Shown in pieces: positions 27,253 to 40,600 of a stretch of 64,000 nucleotides of DNA (positions are counted from its first letter, which is position 1; the number at the start of each line of letters is the position of its first letter). The notes beneath the pieces are model-generated. The model was given only the letters and a program-made list of their open reading frames with translations, was not told the origin of the DNA and made no database searches. Origin of the DNA: Auanema rhodensis (Eukaryota; Animalia; Nematoda). The translations under genes and the position numbers were made by a program. The DNA lies in the NCBI GenBank assembly GCA_964057225.1, contig CAXKVF010000084.1, positions 1-64,000 of the forward strand. Direction: 5' to 3'.

Positions 27253-30200
27253 TTGGAAACCGCATCTCTTTATCTTTTACGTGAAGCGAGTTACATACCA
27301 AGTGCACATCACGTGTACATTTAATTAGCATAAATTAAAGTTCACGTAAATTTCAAAGTCATGGTTACCATGAAGCAATATCAATAAAAATTAGTTTTTA
27401 GACTAATATGGACATGGGGAATCTAATTTTGAAAACCGCATCTCTTTATCTTTCACGTAAAGCGAGTTACATACCAAGTGCACATCACGTGTACATTTAA
27501 TTAGCATAAATTAAAGTTCACGTAAATTTCAAAGTCATGGTTACCATGAAGCAATATCAATAAAAATTTGTTTTTAGACTAATATGGACATGGGGAATCT
27601 AATTTTGAAAACCGCATCTCTTTATCTTTCACGTGAAGCGAGTTACATACCAAGTGCACATCACGTGTACATTTAATTAGCATAAATTAAAGTTCACGTA
27701 AATTTCAAAGTCATGGTTACCATGAAGCAATATCAATAAAAATTTGTTTTTAGACTAATATGGACATGGGGAATCTAATTTTGAAAACCGCATCTCTTTA
27801 TCTTTCACGTGAAGCGAGTTACATACCAAGTGCACATCACGTGTACATTTAATTAGCATAAATTAAAGTTCACGTAAATTTCAAAGTCATGGTTACCATG
27901 AAGCAATATCAATAAAAATTTGTTTTTAGACTAATATGGACATGGGGAATCTAATTTTGAAAACCGCATCTCTTTATCTTTCACGTGAAGCGAGTTACAT
28001 ACCAAGTGCACATCACGTGTACATTTAATTAGCATAAATTAAAGTTCACGTAAATTTCAAAGTCATGGTTACCATGAACCAATATCAATAAAAGTTTGTT
28101 TTTAGACTAATATGGACATGGGGAATCTAATTTTGAAAACCGCATCTCTTTATCTTTCACGTGAAGCGAGTTACATACCGAGTGCACATCACGTGTACAT
28201 TTAATTAGCATGAATTAAAGTTCACGTAAATTTCAAAGTCATGGTTACCATGCACCAATATCAATAAAAATTCGTTTTTAGACTAATATGGACATGGGGA
28301 ATCTAATTTTGAAAACCGCATCTCTTTATCTTTCACGTGAAGCGAGTTACATACCAAGTGCACATCACGTGTACATTTAATTAGCATAAATTAAAGTTCA
28401 CGTTAATTTCAAAGTCATGGTTACCATGCACCAATATCAATAAAAATTTGTTTTCAGACTAATATGGACATGGGGGATCTAATTTTGAAAACCGCATCTC
28501 TTTATCTTTCACGTGAAGCGAGTTACATACCAAGTGCACATCACGTGTACATTTAATTAGCATAAATTAAAGTTCACGTAAATTTCAAAGTCATGGTTAC
28601 CATGAAGCAATATCAATAAAAATTTGTTTTTAGACTAATATGGACATGGAGAATCTAATTTTGAAAACCGCATTTCTTTATCTTTCACGTGAAGCGAGTT
28701 ACATACCAAGTGCACATCACGTGTACATTTAATTAGCATAAATTAAAGTTCACGTAAATTTCAAAGTCATGGTTACCATGCACCAATATCAATAAAAATT
28801 TGTTTTTAGACTAATATGGACATGGGGAATCCAATTCTGAAAACCGCATCTCTTTGTCTTTCACGTGAAGCGAGTTACATACCAAGTGCACATCACGTGT
28901 ACATTTAATTAGCATAAATTAAAGTTCACGTAAATTTCAAAGTCATGGTTACCATGCACCAATATCAATAAAAATTTGTTTTTAGACTAATATGGACATG
29001 GGGGATCTAATTTTGAAAACCGCATCTCTTTATCTTTCACGTGAAGCGAGTTACATACCAAGTGCACATCACGTGTACATTTAATTAGCATAAATTAAAG
29101 TTCACGTAAATTTCAAAGTCATGGTTACCATGAAGCAATATCAATAAAAATTTGTTTTTAGACTAATATGGACATGGGGAATCTAATTTTGAAAACCGCA
29201 TCTCTTTATCTTTCACGCGAAGCGAGTTACATACCAAGTGCACATCACGTGTACATTTAATTAGCATAAATTAAAGTTCACGTAAATTTCAAAGTCATGG
29301 TTACCATGAAGCAATATCAATAAAAATTTGTTTTTAGACTAATATGGACATGGGGAATCTAATTTTGAAAACCGCATCTCTTTATCTTTCACGTGAAGCG
29401 AGTTACATACCAAGTGCACATCACGTGTACATTTAATTAGCATAAATTAAAGTTCACGTAAAATTCAAAGTCATGGTTACCATGCACCAATATCAATAAA
29501 AATTTGTTTTTAGACTAATATGGACATGGGGAATCTAATTTTGAAAACCGCATCTCTTTATCTTTCACGTGAAGCGAGTTACATACCAAGTGCACATCAC
29601 GTGTACATTTAATTAGCATAAATTAAAGTTCACGTAAATTTCAAAGTCATGGTTACCATGCACCAATATCAATAAAAATTTGTTTTTAGACTAACATGGA
29701 CATGGGGAATCTAATTTTGAAAACCGCATCTCTTTATCTTTCACGTGAAGCGAGTTACATACCAAGTGCACATCACGTGTACATTTAATTAGCATAAATT
29801 AAAGTTCACGTAAATTTCAAAGTCATGGTTACCATGAACCAATATCAATAAAAATTTGTTTTTAGACTAATATGGACATGGGGAATCTAATTTTGGAAAC
29901 CGCATCTCTTTATCTTTCACGTGAAACGAGTTACATACCAAGTGCACATCACGTGTACATTTAATTAGCATAAATTAAAGTTCACGTAAATTTCAAAGTC
30001 ATGGTTACCATGAACCAATATCAATAAAAATTTGTTTTTAGACTAATATGGACATGGGGAATCTAATTTTGAAAACAGCATCTCTTCATCTTTCACGTGA
30101 AGCGAGTTACATACCAAGTGCACATCACGTGTACATTTAATTAGCATAAATTAAAGTTCACGTAAATTTCAAAGTCATGGTTACCATGAACCAATATCAA

Positions 30201-33200
30201 TAAAAATTTGTTTTTAGACTAATATGGACATGGGGAATCTAATTTTGAAAACCGCATCTCTTTATCTTTCACGTGAAGCGAGTTACATACCAAGTGCACA
30301 TCACGTGTACATTTAATTAGCATAAATTAAAGTTCACGTAAAATTCAAAGTCATGGTTACCATGCACCAATATCAATAAAAATTTGTTTTTAGACTAATA
30401 TGGACATGGGGAATCTAATTTTGAAAACCGCATCTCTTTATCTTTCACGTGAAGCGAGTTACATACCAAGTGCACATCACGTGTACATTTAATTAGCATA
30501 AATTAAAGTTCACGTAAATTTCAAAGTCATGGTTACCATGCACCAATATCAATAAAAATTTGTTTTTAGACTAATATGGACATGGGGAATCTAATTTTGA
30601 AAACCGCATCTCTTTATCTTTCACGTGAAGCGAGTTACATACCAAGTGCACATCACGTGTACATTTAATTAGCATAAATTAAAGTTCACGTAAATTTCAA
30701 AGTCATGGTTACCATGAACCAATATCAATAAAAATTTGTTTTTAGACTAATATGGACATGGGGAATCTAATTTTGGAAACCGCATCTCTTTATCTTTCAC
30801 GTGAAGCGAGTTACATACCAAGTGCACATCACGTGTACATTTAATTAGCATAAATTAAAGTTCACGTAAATTTCAAAGTCATGGTTACCATGAACCAATA
30901 TCAATAAAAATTTGTTTTTAGACTAATATGGACATGGGGAATCTAATTTTGAAAACAGCATCTCTTCATCTTTCACGTGAAGCGAGTTACATACCAAGTG
31001 CACATCACGTGTACATTTAATTAGCATAAATTAAAGTTCACGTAAATTTCAAAGTCATGGTTACCATGAACCAATATCAATAAAAATTTGTTTTTAGACT
31101 AATATGGACATGGGGAATCTAATTTTGAAAACCGCATCTCTTTATCTTTCACGTGAAGCGAGTTACATACCAAGTGCACATCACGTGTACATTTAATTAG
31201 CATAAATTAAAGTTCACGTAAATTTCAAAGTCATGGTTACCATGAACCAATATCAATAAAAATTTGTTTTTAGACTAATATGGACATGGGGAATCTAATT
31301 TTGAAAACCGCATCTCTTTATCTTTCACGTGAAGCGAGTTACATACCAAGTGCACATCACGTGTACATTTAATTAGCATAAATTAAAGTTCACGTAAAAT
31401 TCAAAGTCATGGTTACCATGCACCAATATCAATAAAAATTTGTTTTTAGACTAATATGGACATGGGGAATCTAATTTTGAAAACCGCATCTCTTTATCTT
31501 TCACGTGAAGCGAGTTACATACCAAGTGCACATCACGTGTACATTTAATTAGCATAAATTAAAGTTCACGTAAATTTCAAAGTCATGGTTACCATGCACC
31601 AATATCAATAAAAATTTGTTTTTAGACTAATATGGACATGGGGAATCTAATTTTGAAAACCGCATCTCTTTATCTTTCACGTGAAGCGAGTTACATACCA
31701 AGTGCACATCACGTGTACATTTAATTAGCATAAATTAAAGTTCACGTAAATTTCAAAGTCATGGTTACCATGAACCAATATCAATAAAAATTTGTTTTTA
31801 GACTAATATGGACATGGGGAATCTAATTTTGGAAACCGCATCTCTTTATCTTTCACGTGAAGCGAGTTACATACCAAGTGCACATCACGTGTACATTTAA
31901 TTAGCATAAATTAAAGTTCACGTAAATTTCAAAGTCATGGTTACCATGAAGCAATATCAATAAAAATTAGTTTTTAGACTAATATGGACATGGGGAATCT
32001 AATTTTGAAAACCGCATCTCTTTATCTTTCACGTAAAGCGAGTTACATACCAAGTGCACATCACGTGTACATTTAATTAGCATAAATTAAAGTTCACGTA
32101 AATTTCAAAGTCATGGTTACCATGAAGCAATATCAATAAAAATTTGTTTTTAGACTAATATGGACATGGGGAATCTAATTTTGAAAACCGCATCTCTTTA
32201 TCTTTCACGTGAAGCGAGTTACATACCAAGTGCACATCACGTGTACATTTAATTAGCATAAATTAAAGTTCACGTAAATTTCAAAGTCATGGTTACCATG
32301 AAGCAATATCAATAAAAATTTGTTTTTAGACTAATATGGACATGGGGAATCTAATTTTGAAAACCGCATCTCTTTATCTTTCACGTGAAGCGAGTTACAT
32401 ACCAAGTGCACATCACGTGTACATTTAATTAGCATAAATTAAAGTTCACGTAAATTTCAAAGTCATGGTTACCATGAAGCAATATCAATAAAAATTTGTT
32501 TTTAGACTAATATGGACATGGGGAATCTAATTTTGAAAACCGCATCTCTTTATCTTTCACGTGAAGCGAGTTACATACCAAGTGCACATCACGTGTACAT
32601 TTAATTAGCATAAATTAAAGTTCACGTAAATTTCAAAGTCATGGTTACCATGAACCAATATCAATAAAAGTTTGTTTTTAGACTAATATGGACATGGGGA
32701 ATCTAATTTTGAAAACCGCATCTCTTTATCTTTCACGTGAAGCGAGTTACATACCGAGTGCACATCACGTGTACATTTAATTAGCATGAATTAAAGTTCA
32801 CGTAAATTTCAAAGTCATGGTTACCATGCACCAATATCAATAAAAATTCGTTTTTAGACTAATATGGACATGGGGAATCTAATTTTGAAAACCGCATCTC
32901 TTTATCTTTCACGTGAAGCGAGTTACATACCAAGTGCACATCACGTGTACATTTAATTAGCATAAATTAAAGTTCACGTTAATTTCAAAGTCATGGTTAC
33001 CATGCACCAATATCAATAAAAATTTGTTTTCAGACTAATATGGACATGGGGGATCTAATTTTGAAAACCGCATCTCTTTATCTTTCACGTGAAGCGAGTT
33101 ACATACCAAGTGCACATCACGTGTACATTTAATTAGCATAAATTAAAGTTCACGTAAATTTCAAAGTCATGGTTACCATGAAGCAATATCAATAAAAATT

Positions 33201-36200
33201 TGTTTTTAGACTAATATGGACATGGAGAATCTAATTTTGAAAACCGCATTTCTTTATCTTTCACGTGAAGCGAGTTACATACCAAGTGCACATCACGTGT
33301 ACATTTAATTAGCATAAATTAAAGTTCACGTAAATTTCAAAGTCATGGTTACCATGCACCAATATCAATAAAAATTTGTTTTTAGACTAATATGGACATG
33401 GGGAATCCAATTCTGAAAACCGCATCTCTTTGTCTTTCACGTGAAGCGAGTTACATACCAAGTGCACATCACGTGTACATTTAATTAGCATAAATTAAAG
33501 TTCACGTAAATTTCAAAGTCATGGTTACCATGCACCAATATCAATAAAAATTTGTTTTTAGACTAATATGGACATGGGGGATCTAATTTTGAAAACCGCA
33601 TCTCTTTATCTTTCACGTGAAGCGAGTTACATACCAAGTGCACATCACGTGTACATTTAATTAGCATAAATTAAAGTTCACGTAAATTTCAAAGTCATGG
33701 TTACCATGAAGCAATATCAATAAAAATTTGTTTTTAGACTAATATGGACATGGGGAATCTAATTTTGAAAACCGCATCTCTTTATCTTTCACGCGAAGCG
33801 AGTTACATACCAAGTGCACATCACGTGTACATTTAATTAGCATAAATTAAAGTTCACGTAAATTTCAAAGTCATGGTTACCATGAAGCAATATCAATAAA
33901 AATTTGTTTTTAGACTAATATGGACATGGGGAATCTAATTTTGAAAACCGCATCTCTTTATCTTTCACGTGAAGCGAGTTACATACCAAGTGCACATCAC
34001 GTGTACATTTAATTAGCATAAATTAAAGTTCACGTAAAATTCAAAGTCATGGTTACCATGCACCAATATCAATAAAAATTTGTTTTTAGACTAATATGGA
34101 CATGGGGAATCTAATTTTGAAAACCGCATCTCTTTATCTTTCACGTGAAGCGAGTTACATACCAAGTGCACATCACGTGTACATTTAATTAGCATAAATT
34201 AAAGTTCACGTAAATTTCAAAGTCATGGTTACCATGCACCAATATCAATAAAAATTTGTTTTTAGACTAATATGGACATGGGGAATCTAATTTTGAAAAC
34301 CGCATCTCTTTATCTTTCACGTGAAGCGAGTTACATACCAAGTGCACATCACGTGTACATTTAATTAGCATAAATTAAAGTTCACGTAAATTTCAAAGTC
34401 ATGGTTACCATGAACCAATATCAATAAAAATTTGTTTTTAGACTAATATGGACATGGGGAATCTAATTTTGGAAACCGCATCTCTTTATCTTTCACGTGA
34501 AGCGAGTTACATACCAAGTGCACATCACGTGTACATTTAATTAGCATAAATTAAAGTTCACGTAAATTTCAAAGTCATGGTTACCATGAAGCAATATCAA
34601 TAAAAATTAGTTTTTAGACTAATATGGACATGGGGAATCTAATTTTGAAAACCGCATCTCTTTATCTTTCACGTAAAGCGAGTTACATACCAAGTGCACA
34701 TCACGTGTACATTTAATTAGCATAAATTAAAGTTCACGTAAAATTCAAAGTCATGGTTACCATGCACCAATATCAATAAAAATTTGTTTTTAGACTAATA
34801 TGGACATGGGGAATCTAATTTTGAAAACCGCATCTCTTTATCTTTCACGTGAAGCGAGTTACATACCAAGTGCACATCACGTGTACATTTAATTAGCATA
34901 AATTAAAGTTCACGTAAATTTCAAAGTCATGGTTACCATGCACCAATATCAATAAAAATTTGTTTTTAGACTAATATGGACATGGGGAATCTAATTTTGA
35001 AAACCGCATCTCTTTATCTTTCACGTGAAGCGAGTTACATACCAAGTGCACATCACGTGTACATTTAATTAGCATAAATTAAAGTTCACGTAAATTTCAA
35101 AGTCATGGTTACCATGAACCAATATCAATAAAAATTTGTTTTTAGACTAATATGGACATGGGGAATCTAATTTTGGAAACCGCATCTCTTTATCTTTCAC
35201 GTGAAGCGAGTTACATACCAAGTGCACATCACGTGTACATTTAATTAGCATAAATTAAAGTTCACGTAAATTTCAAAGTCATGGTTACCATGAAGCAATA
35301 TCAATAAAAATTAGTTTTTAGACTAATATGGACATGGGGAATCTAATTTTGAAAACCGCATCTCTTTATCTTTCACGTAAAGCGAGTTACATACCAAGTG
35401 CACATCACGTGTACATTTAATTAGCATAAATTAAAGTTCACGTAAATTTCAAAGTCATGGTTACCATGAAGCAATATCAATAAAAATTTGTTTTTAGACT
35501 AATATGGACATGGGGAATCTAATTTTGAAAACCGCATCTCTTTATCTTTCACGTGAAGCGAGTTACATACCAAGTGCACATCACGTGTACATTTAATTAG
35601 CATAAATTAAAGTTCACGTAAATTTCAAAGTCATGGTTACCATGAAGCAATATCAATAAAAATTTGTTTTTAGACTAATATGGACATGGGGAATCTAATT
35701 GTGAAAACCGCATCTCTTTATCTTTCACGTGAAGCGAGTTACATACCAAGTGCACATCACGTGTACATTTAATTAGCATAAATTAAAGTTCACGTAAATT
35801 TCAAAGTCATGGTTACCATGAAGCAATATCAATAAAAATTTGTTTTTAGACTAATATGGACATGGGGAATCTAATTTTGAAAACCGCATCTCTTTATCTT
35901 TCACGTGAAGCGAGTTACATACCAAGTGCACATCACGTGTACATTTAATTAGCATAAATTAAAGTTCACGTAAATTTCAAAGTCATGGTTACCATGAACC
36001 AATATCAATAAAATTTTGTTTTTAGACTAATATGGACATGGGGAATCTAATTTTGAAAACCGCATCTCTTTATCTTTCACGTGAAGCGAGTTACATACCG
36101 AGTGCACATCACGTGTACATTTAATTAGCATGAATTAAAGTTCACGTAAATTTCAAAGTCATGGTTACCATGCACCAATATCAATAAAAATTCGTTTTTA

Positions 36201-37284
36201 GACTAATATGGACATGGGGAATCTAATTTTGAAAACCGCATCTCTTTATCTTTCACGTGAAGCGAGTTACATACCAAGTGCACATCACGTGTACATTTAA
36301 TTAGCATAAATTAAAGTTCACGTTAATTTCAAAGTCATGGTTACCATGCACCAATATCAATAAAAATTTGTGTTCAGACTAATATGGACATGGGGGATCT
36401 AATTTTGAAAACCGCATCTCTTTATCTTTCACGTGAAGCGAGTTACATACCAAGTGCACATCACGTGTACATTTAATTAGCATAAATTAAAGTTCACGTA
36501 AATTTCAAAGTCATGGTTACCATGAAGCAATATCAATAAAAATTTGTTTTTAGACTAATATGGACATGGAGAATCTAATTTTGAAAACCGCATTTCTTTA
36601 TCTTTCACGTGAAGCGAGTTACATACCAAGTGCACATCACGTGTACATTTAATTAGCATAAATTAAAGTTCACGTAAATTTCAAAGTCATGGTTACCATG
36701 CACCAATATCAATAAAAATTTGTTTTTAGACTAATATGGACATGGGGAATCCAATTTTGAAAACCGCATCTCTTTGTCTTTCACGTGAAGCGAGTTACAT
36801 ACCAAGTGCACATCACGTGTACATTTAATTAGCATAAATTAAAGTTCACGTAAATTTCAAAGTCATGGTTACCATGCACCAATATCAATAAAAATTTGTT
36901 TTTAGACTAATATGGACATGGGGGATCTAATTTTGAAAACCGCATCTCTTTATCTTTCACGTGAAGCGAGTTACATACCAAGTGCACATCACGTGTACAT
37001 TTAATTAGCATAAATTAAAGTTCACGTAAATTTCAAAGTCATGGTTACCATGAAGCAATATCAATAAAAATTTGTTTTTAGACTAATATGGACATGGGGA
37101 ATCTAATTTTGAAAACCGCATCTCTTTATCTTTCACGCGAAGCGAGTTACATACCAAGTGCACATCACGTGTACATTTAATTAGCATAAATTAAAGTTCA
37201 CGTAAATTTCAAAGTCATGGTTACCATGAAGCAATATCAATAAAAATTTGTTTTTAGACTAATATGGACATGGGGAATCTAATT
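27253..37284. repeat. Three copies of a variant-rich ~12-monomer cassette (27253-29364, 31829-33940, 35173-37284)
   Basis: The ordered variants ATTAG, CACGTAAAG, ATACCGAG, CATGAA, ATTCG, CGTTAAT, TTCAG, GGGGGA, TGGAG, CATTTC, TCCAATT, TTTGTC and CACGCG recur at +4576 (26 monomers) and +3344 (19 monomers). Confidence 0.92.
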
Positions 37285-37636
37285 TTGAAAACCGCATCTC
37301 TTTATCTTTCACGTGAAGCGAGTTACATACCAAGTGCACATCACGTGTACATTTAATTAGCATAAATTAAAGTTCACGTAAATTTCAAAGTCATGGTTAC
37401 CATGCACCAATATCAATAAAAATTTGTTTTTAGACTAATATGGACATGGGGAATCTAATTTTGAAAACCGCATCTCTTTATCTTTCACGTGAAGCGAGTT
37501 ACATACCAAGTGCACATCACGTGTACATTTAATTAGCATAAATTAAAGTTCACGTAAATTTCAAAGTCATGGTTACCATGAACCAATATCAATAAAAATT
37601 TGTTTTTAGACTAATATGGACATGGGGAATCTAATT

Positions 37637-40600
37637 TTGGAAACCGCATCTCTTTATCTTTCACGTGAAGCGAGTTACATACCAAGTGCACATCACGTGT
37701 ACATTTAATTAGCATAAATTAAAGTTCACGTAAATTTCAAAGTCATGGTTACCATGAAGCAATATCAATAAAAATTAGTTTTTAGACTAATATGGACATG
37801 GGGAATCTAATTTTGAAAACCGCATCTCTTTATCTTTCACGTGAAGCGAGTTACATACCAAGTGCACATCACGTGTACATTTAATTAGCATAAATTAAAG
37901 TTCACGTAAATTTCAAAGTCATGGTTACCATGAAGCAATATCAATAAAAATTTGTTTTTAGACTAATATGGACATGGGGAATCTAATTTTGAAAACCGCA
38001 TCTCTTTATCTTTCACGTGAAGCGAGTTACATACCAAGTGCACATCACGTGTACATTTAATTAGCATAAATTAAAGTTCACGTAAATTTCAAAGTCATGG
38101 TTACCATGAAGCAATATCAATAAAAATTTGTTTTTAGACTAATATGGACATGAGGAATCTAATTTTGAAAACCGCATCTCTTTATCTTTCACGTGAAGCG
38201 AGTTACATACCAAGTGCACATCACGTGTACATTTAATTAGCATGAATTAAAGTTCACGTAAATTTCAAAGTCATGGTTACCATGCACCAATATCAATAAA
38301 AATTTGTTTTTAGACTAATATGGACATGGGGAATCTAATTTTGAAAACCGCATCTCTTTATCTTTCACGTGAAGCGAGTTACATACCAAGTGCACATCAC
38401 GTGTACATTTAATTAGCATAAATTAAAGTTCACGTAAATTTCAAAGTCATGGTTACCATGCACCAATATCAATAAAAATTAGTTTTTAGACTAATATGGA
38501 CATGGGGAATCTAATTTTGAAAACCGCATCTCTTTATCTTTCACGTGAAGCGAGTTACATACCAAGTGCACATCACGTGTACATTTAATTAGCATAAATT
38601 AAAGTTCACGTAAATTTCAAAGTCATGGTTACCATGAAGCAATATCAATAAAAATTTGTTTTTAGACTAATATGGACATGGGGAATCTAATTTTGAAAAC
38701 CGCATCTCTTTATCTTTCACGTGAAGCGAGTTACATACCAAGTGCACATCACGTGTACATTTAATTAGCATAAATTAAAGTTCACGTAAATTTCAAAGTC
38801 ATGGTTACCATGAAGCAATATCAATAAAAATTTGTTTTTAGACTAATATGGACATGGGGAATCTAATTTTGAAAACCGCATCTCTTTATCTTTCACGTGA
38901 AGCGAGTTACATACCAAGTGCACATCACGTGTACATTTAATTAGCATGAATTAAAGTTCACGTAAATTTCAAAGTCATGGTTACCATGCACCAATATCAA
39001 TAAAAATTTGTTTTTAGACTAATATGGACATGGGGAATCTAATTTTGAAAACCGCATCTCTTTATCTTTCACGTGAAGCGAGTTACATACCAAGTGCACA
39101 TCACGTGTACATTTAATTAGCATAAATTAAAGTTCACGTAAATTTCAAAGTCATGGTTACCATGCACCAATATCAATAAAAATTTGTTTTTAGACTAATA
39201 TGGACATGGGGGATCTAATTTTGAAAACCGCATCTCTTTATCTTTCACGTGAAGCGAGTTACATACCAAGTGCACATCACGTGTACATTTAATTAGCATA
39301 AATTAAAGTTCACGTAAATTTCAAAGTCATGGTTACCATGAAGCAATATCAATAAAAATTTGTTTTTAGACTAATATGGACATGGGGAATCTAATTTTGA
39401 AAACCGCATCTCTTTATCTTTCACGTGAAGCGAGTTACATACCAAGTGCACATCACGTGTACATTTAATTAGCATAAATTAAAGTTCACGTAAATTTCAA
39501 AGTCATGGTTACCATGCACCAATATCAATAAAAATTTGTTTTTAGACTAATATGGACATGGGGAATCTAATTTTGAAAACCGCATCTCTTTATCTTTCAC
39601 GTGAAGCGAGTTACATACCAAGTGCACATCACGTGTACATTTAATTAGCATAAATTAAAGTTCACGTAAATTTCAAAGTCATGGTTACCATGAAGCAATA
39701 TCAATAAAAATTTGTTTTTAGACTAATATGGACATGGGGGATCTAATTTTGAAAACCGCATCTCTTTATCTTTCACGTGAAGCGAGTTACATACCAAGTG
39801 CACATCACGTGTACATTTAATTAGCATAAATTAAAGTTCACGTAAATTTTAAAGTCATGGTTACCATGAAGCAATATCAATAAAAATTTGTTTTTAGACT
39901 AATATGGACATGGGGAATCTAATTTTGAAAACCGCATCTCTTTATCTTTCACGCGAAGCGAGTTACATACCAAGTGCACATCACGTGTACATTTAATTAG
40001 CATAAATTAAAGTTCACGTAAATTTCAAAGTCATGGTTACCATGAAGCAATATCAATAAAAATTTGTTTTTAGACTAATATGGACATGGGGAATCTAATT
40101 TTGAAAACCGCATCTCTTTATCTTTCACGTGAAGCGAGTTACATACCAAGTGCACATCACGTGTACATTTAATTAGCATAAATTAAAGTTCACGTAAATT
40201 TCAAAGTCATGGTTACCATGCACCAATATCAATAAAAATTTGTTTTTAGACTAATATGGACATGGGGAATCTAATTTTGAAAACCGCATCTCTTTATCTT
40301 TCACGTGAAGCGAGTTACATACCAAGTGCACATCACGTGTACATTTAATTAGCATAAATTAAAGTTCACGTAAATTTCAAAGTCATGGTTACCATGAACC
40401 AATATCAATAAAAATTTGTTTTTAGACTAATATGGACATGGGGAATCTAATTTTGGAAACCGCATCTCTTTATCTTTCACGTGAAGCGAGTTACATACCA
40501 AGTGCACATCACGTGTACATTTAATTAGCATAAATTAAAGTTCACGTAAATTTCAAAGTCATGGTTACCATGAAGCAATATCAATAAAAATTAGTTTTTA

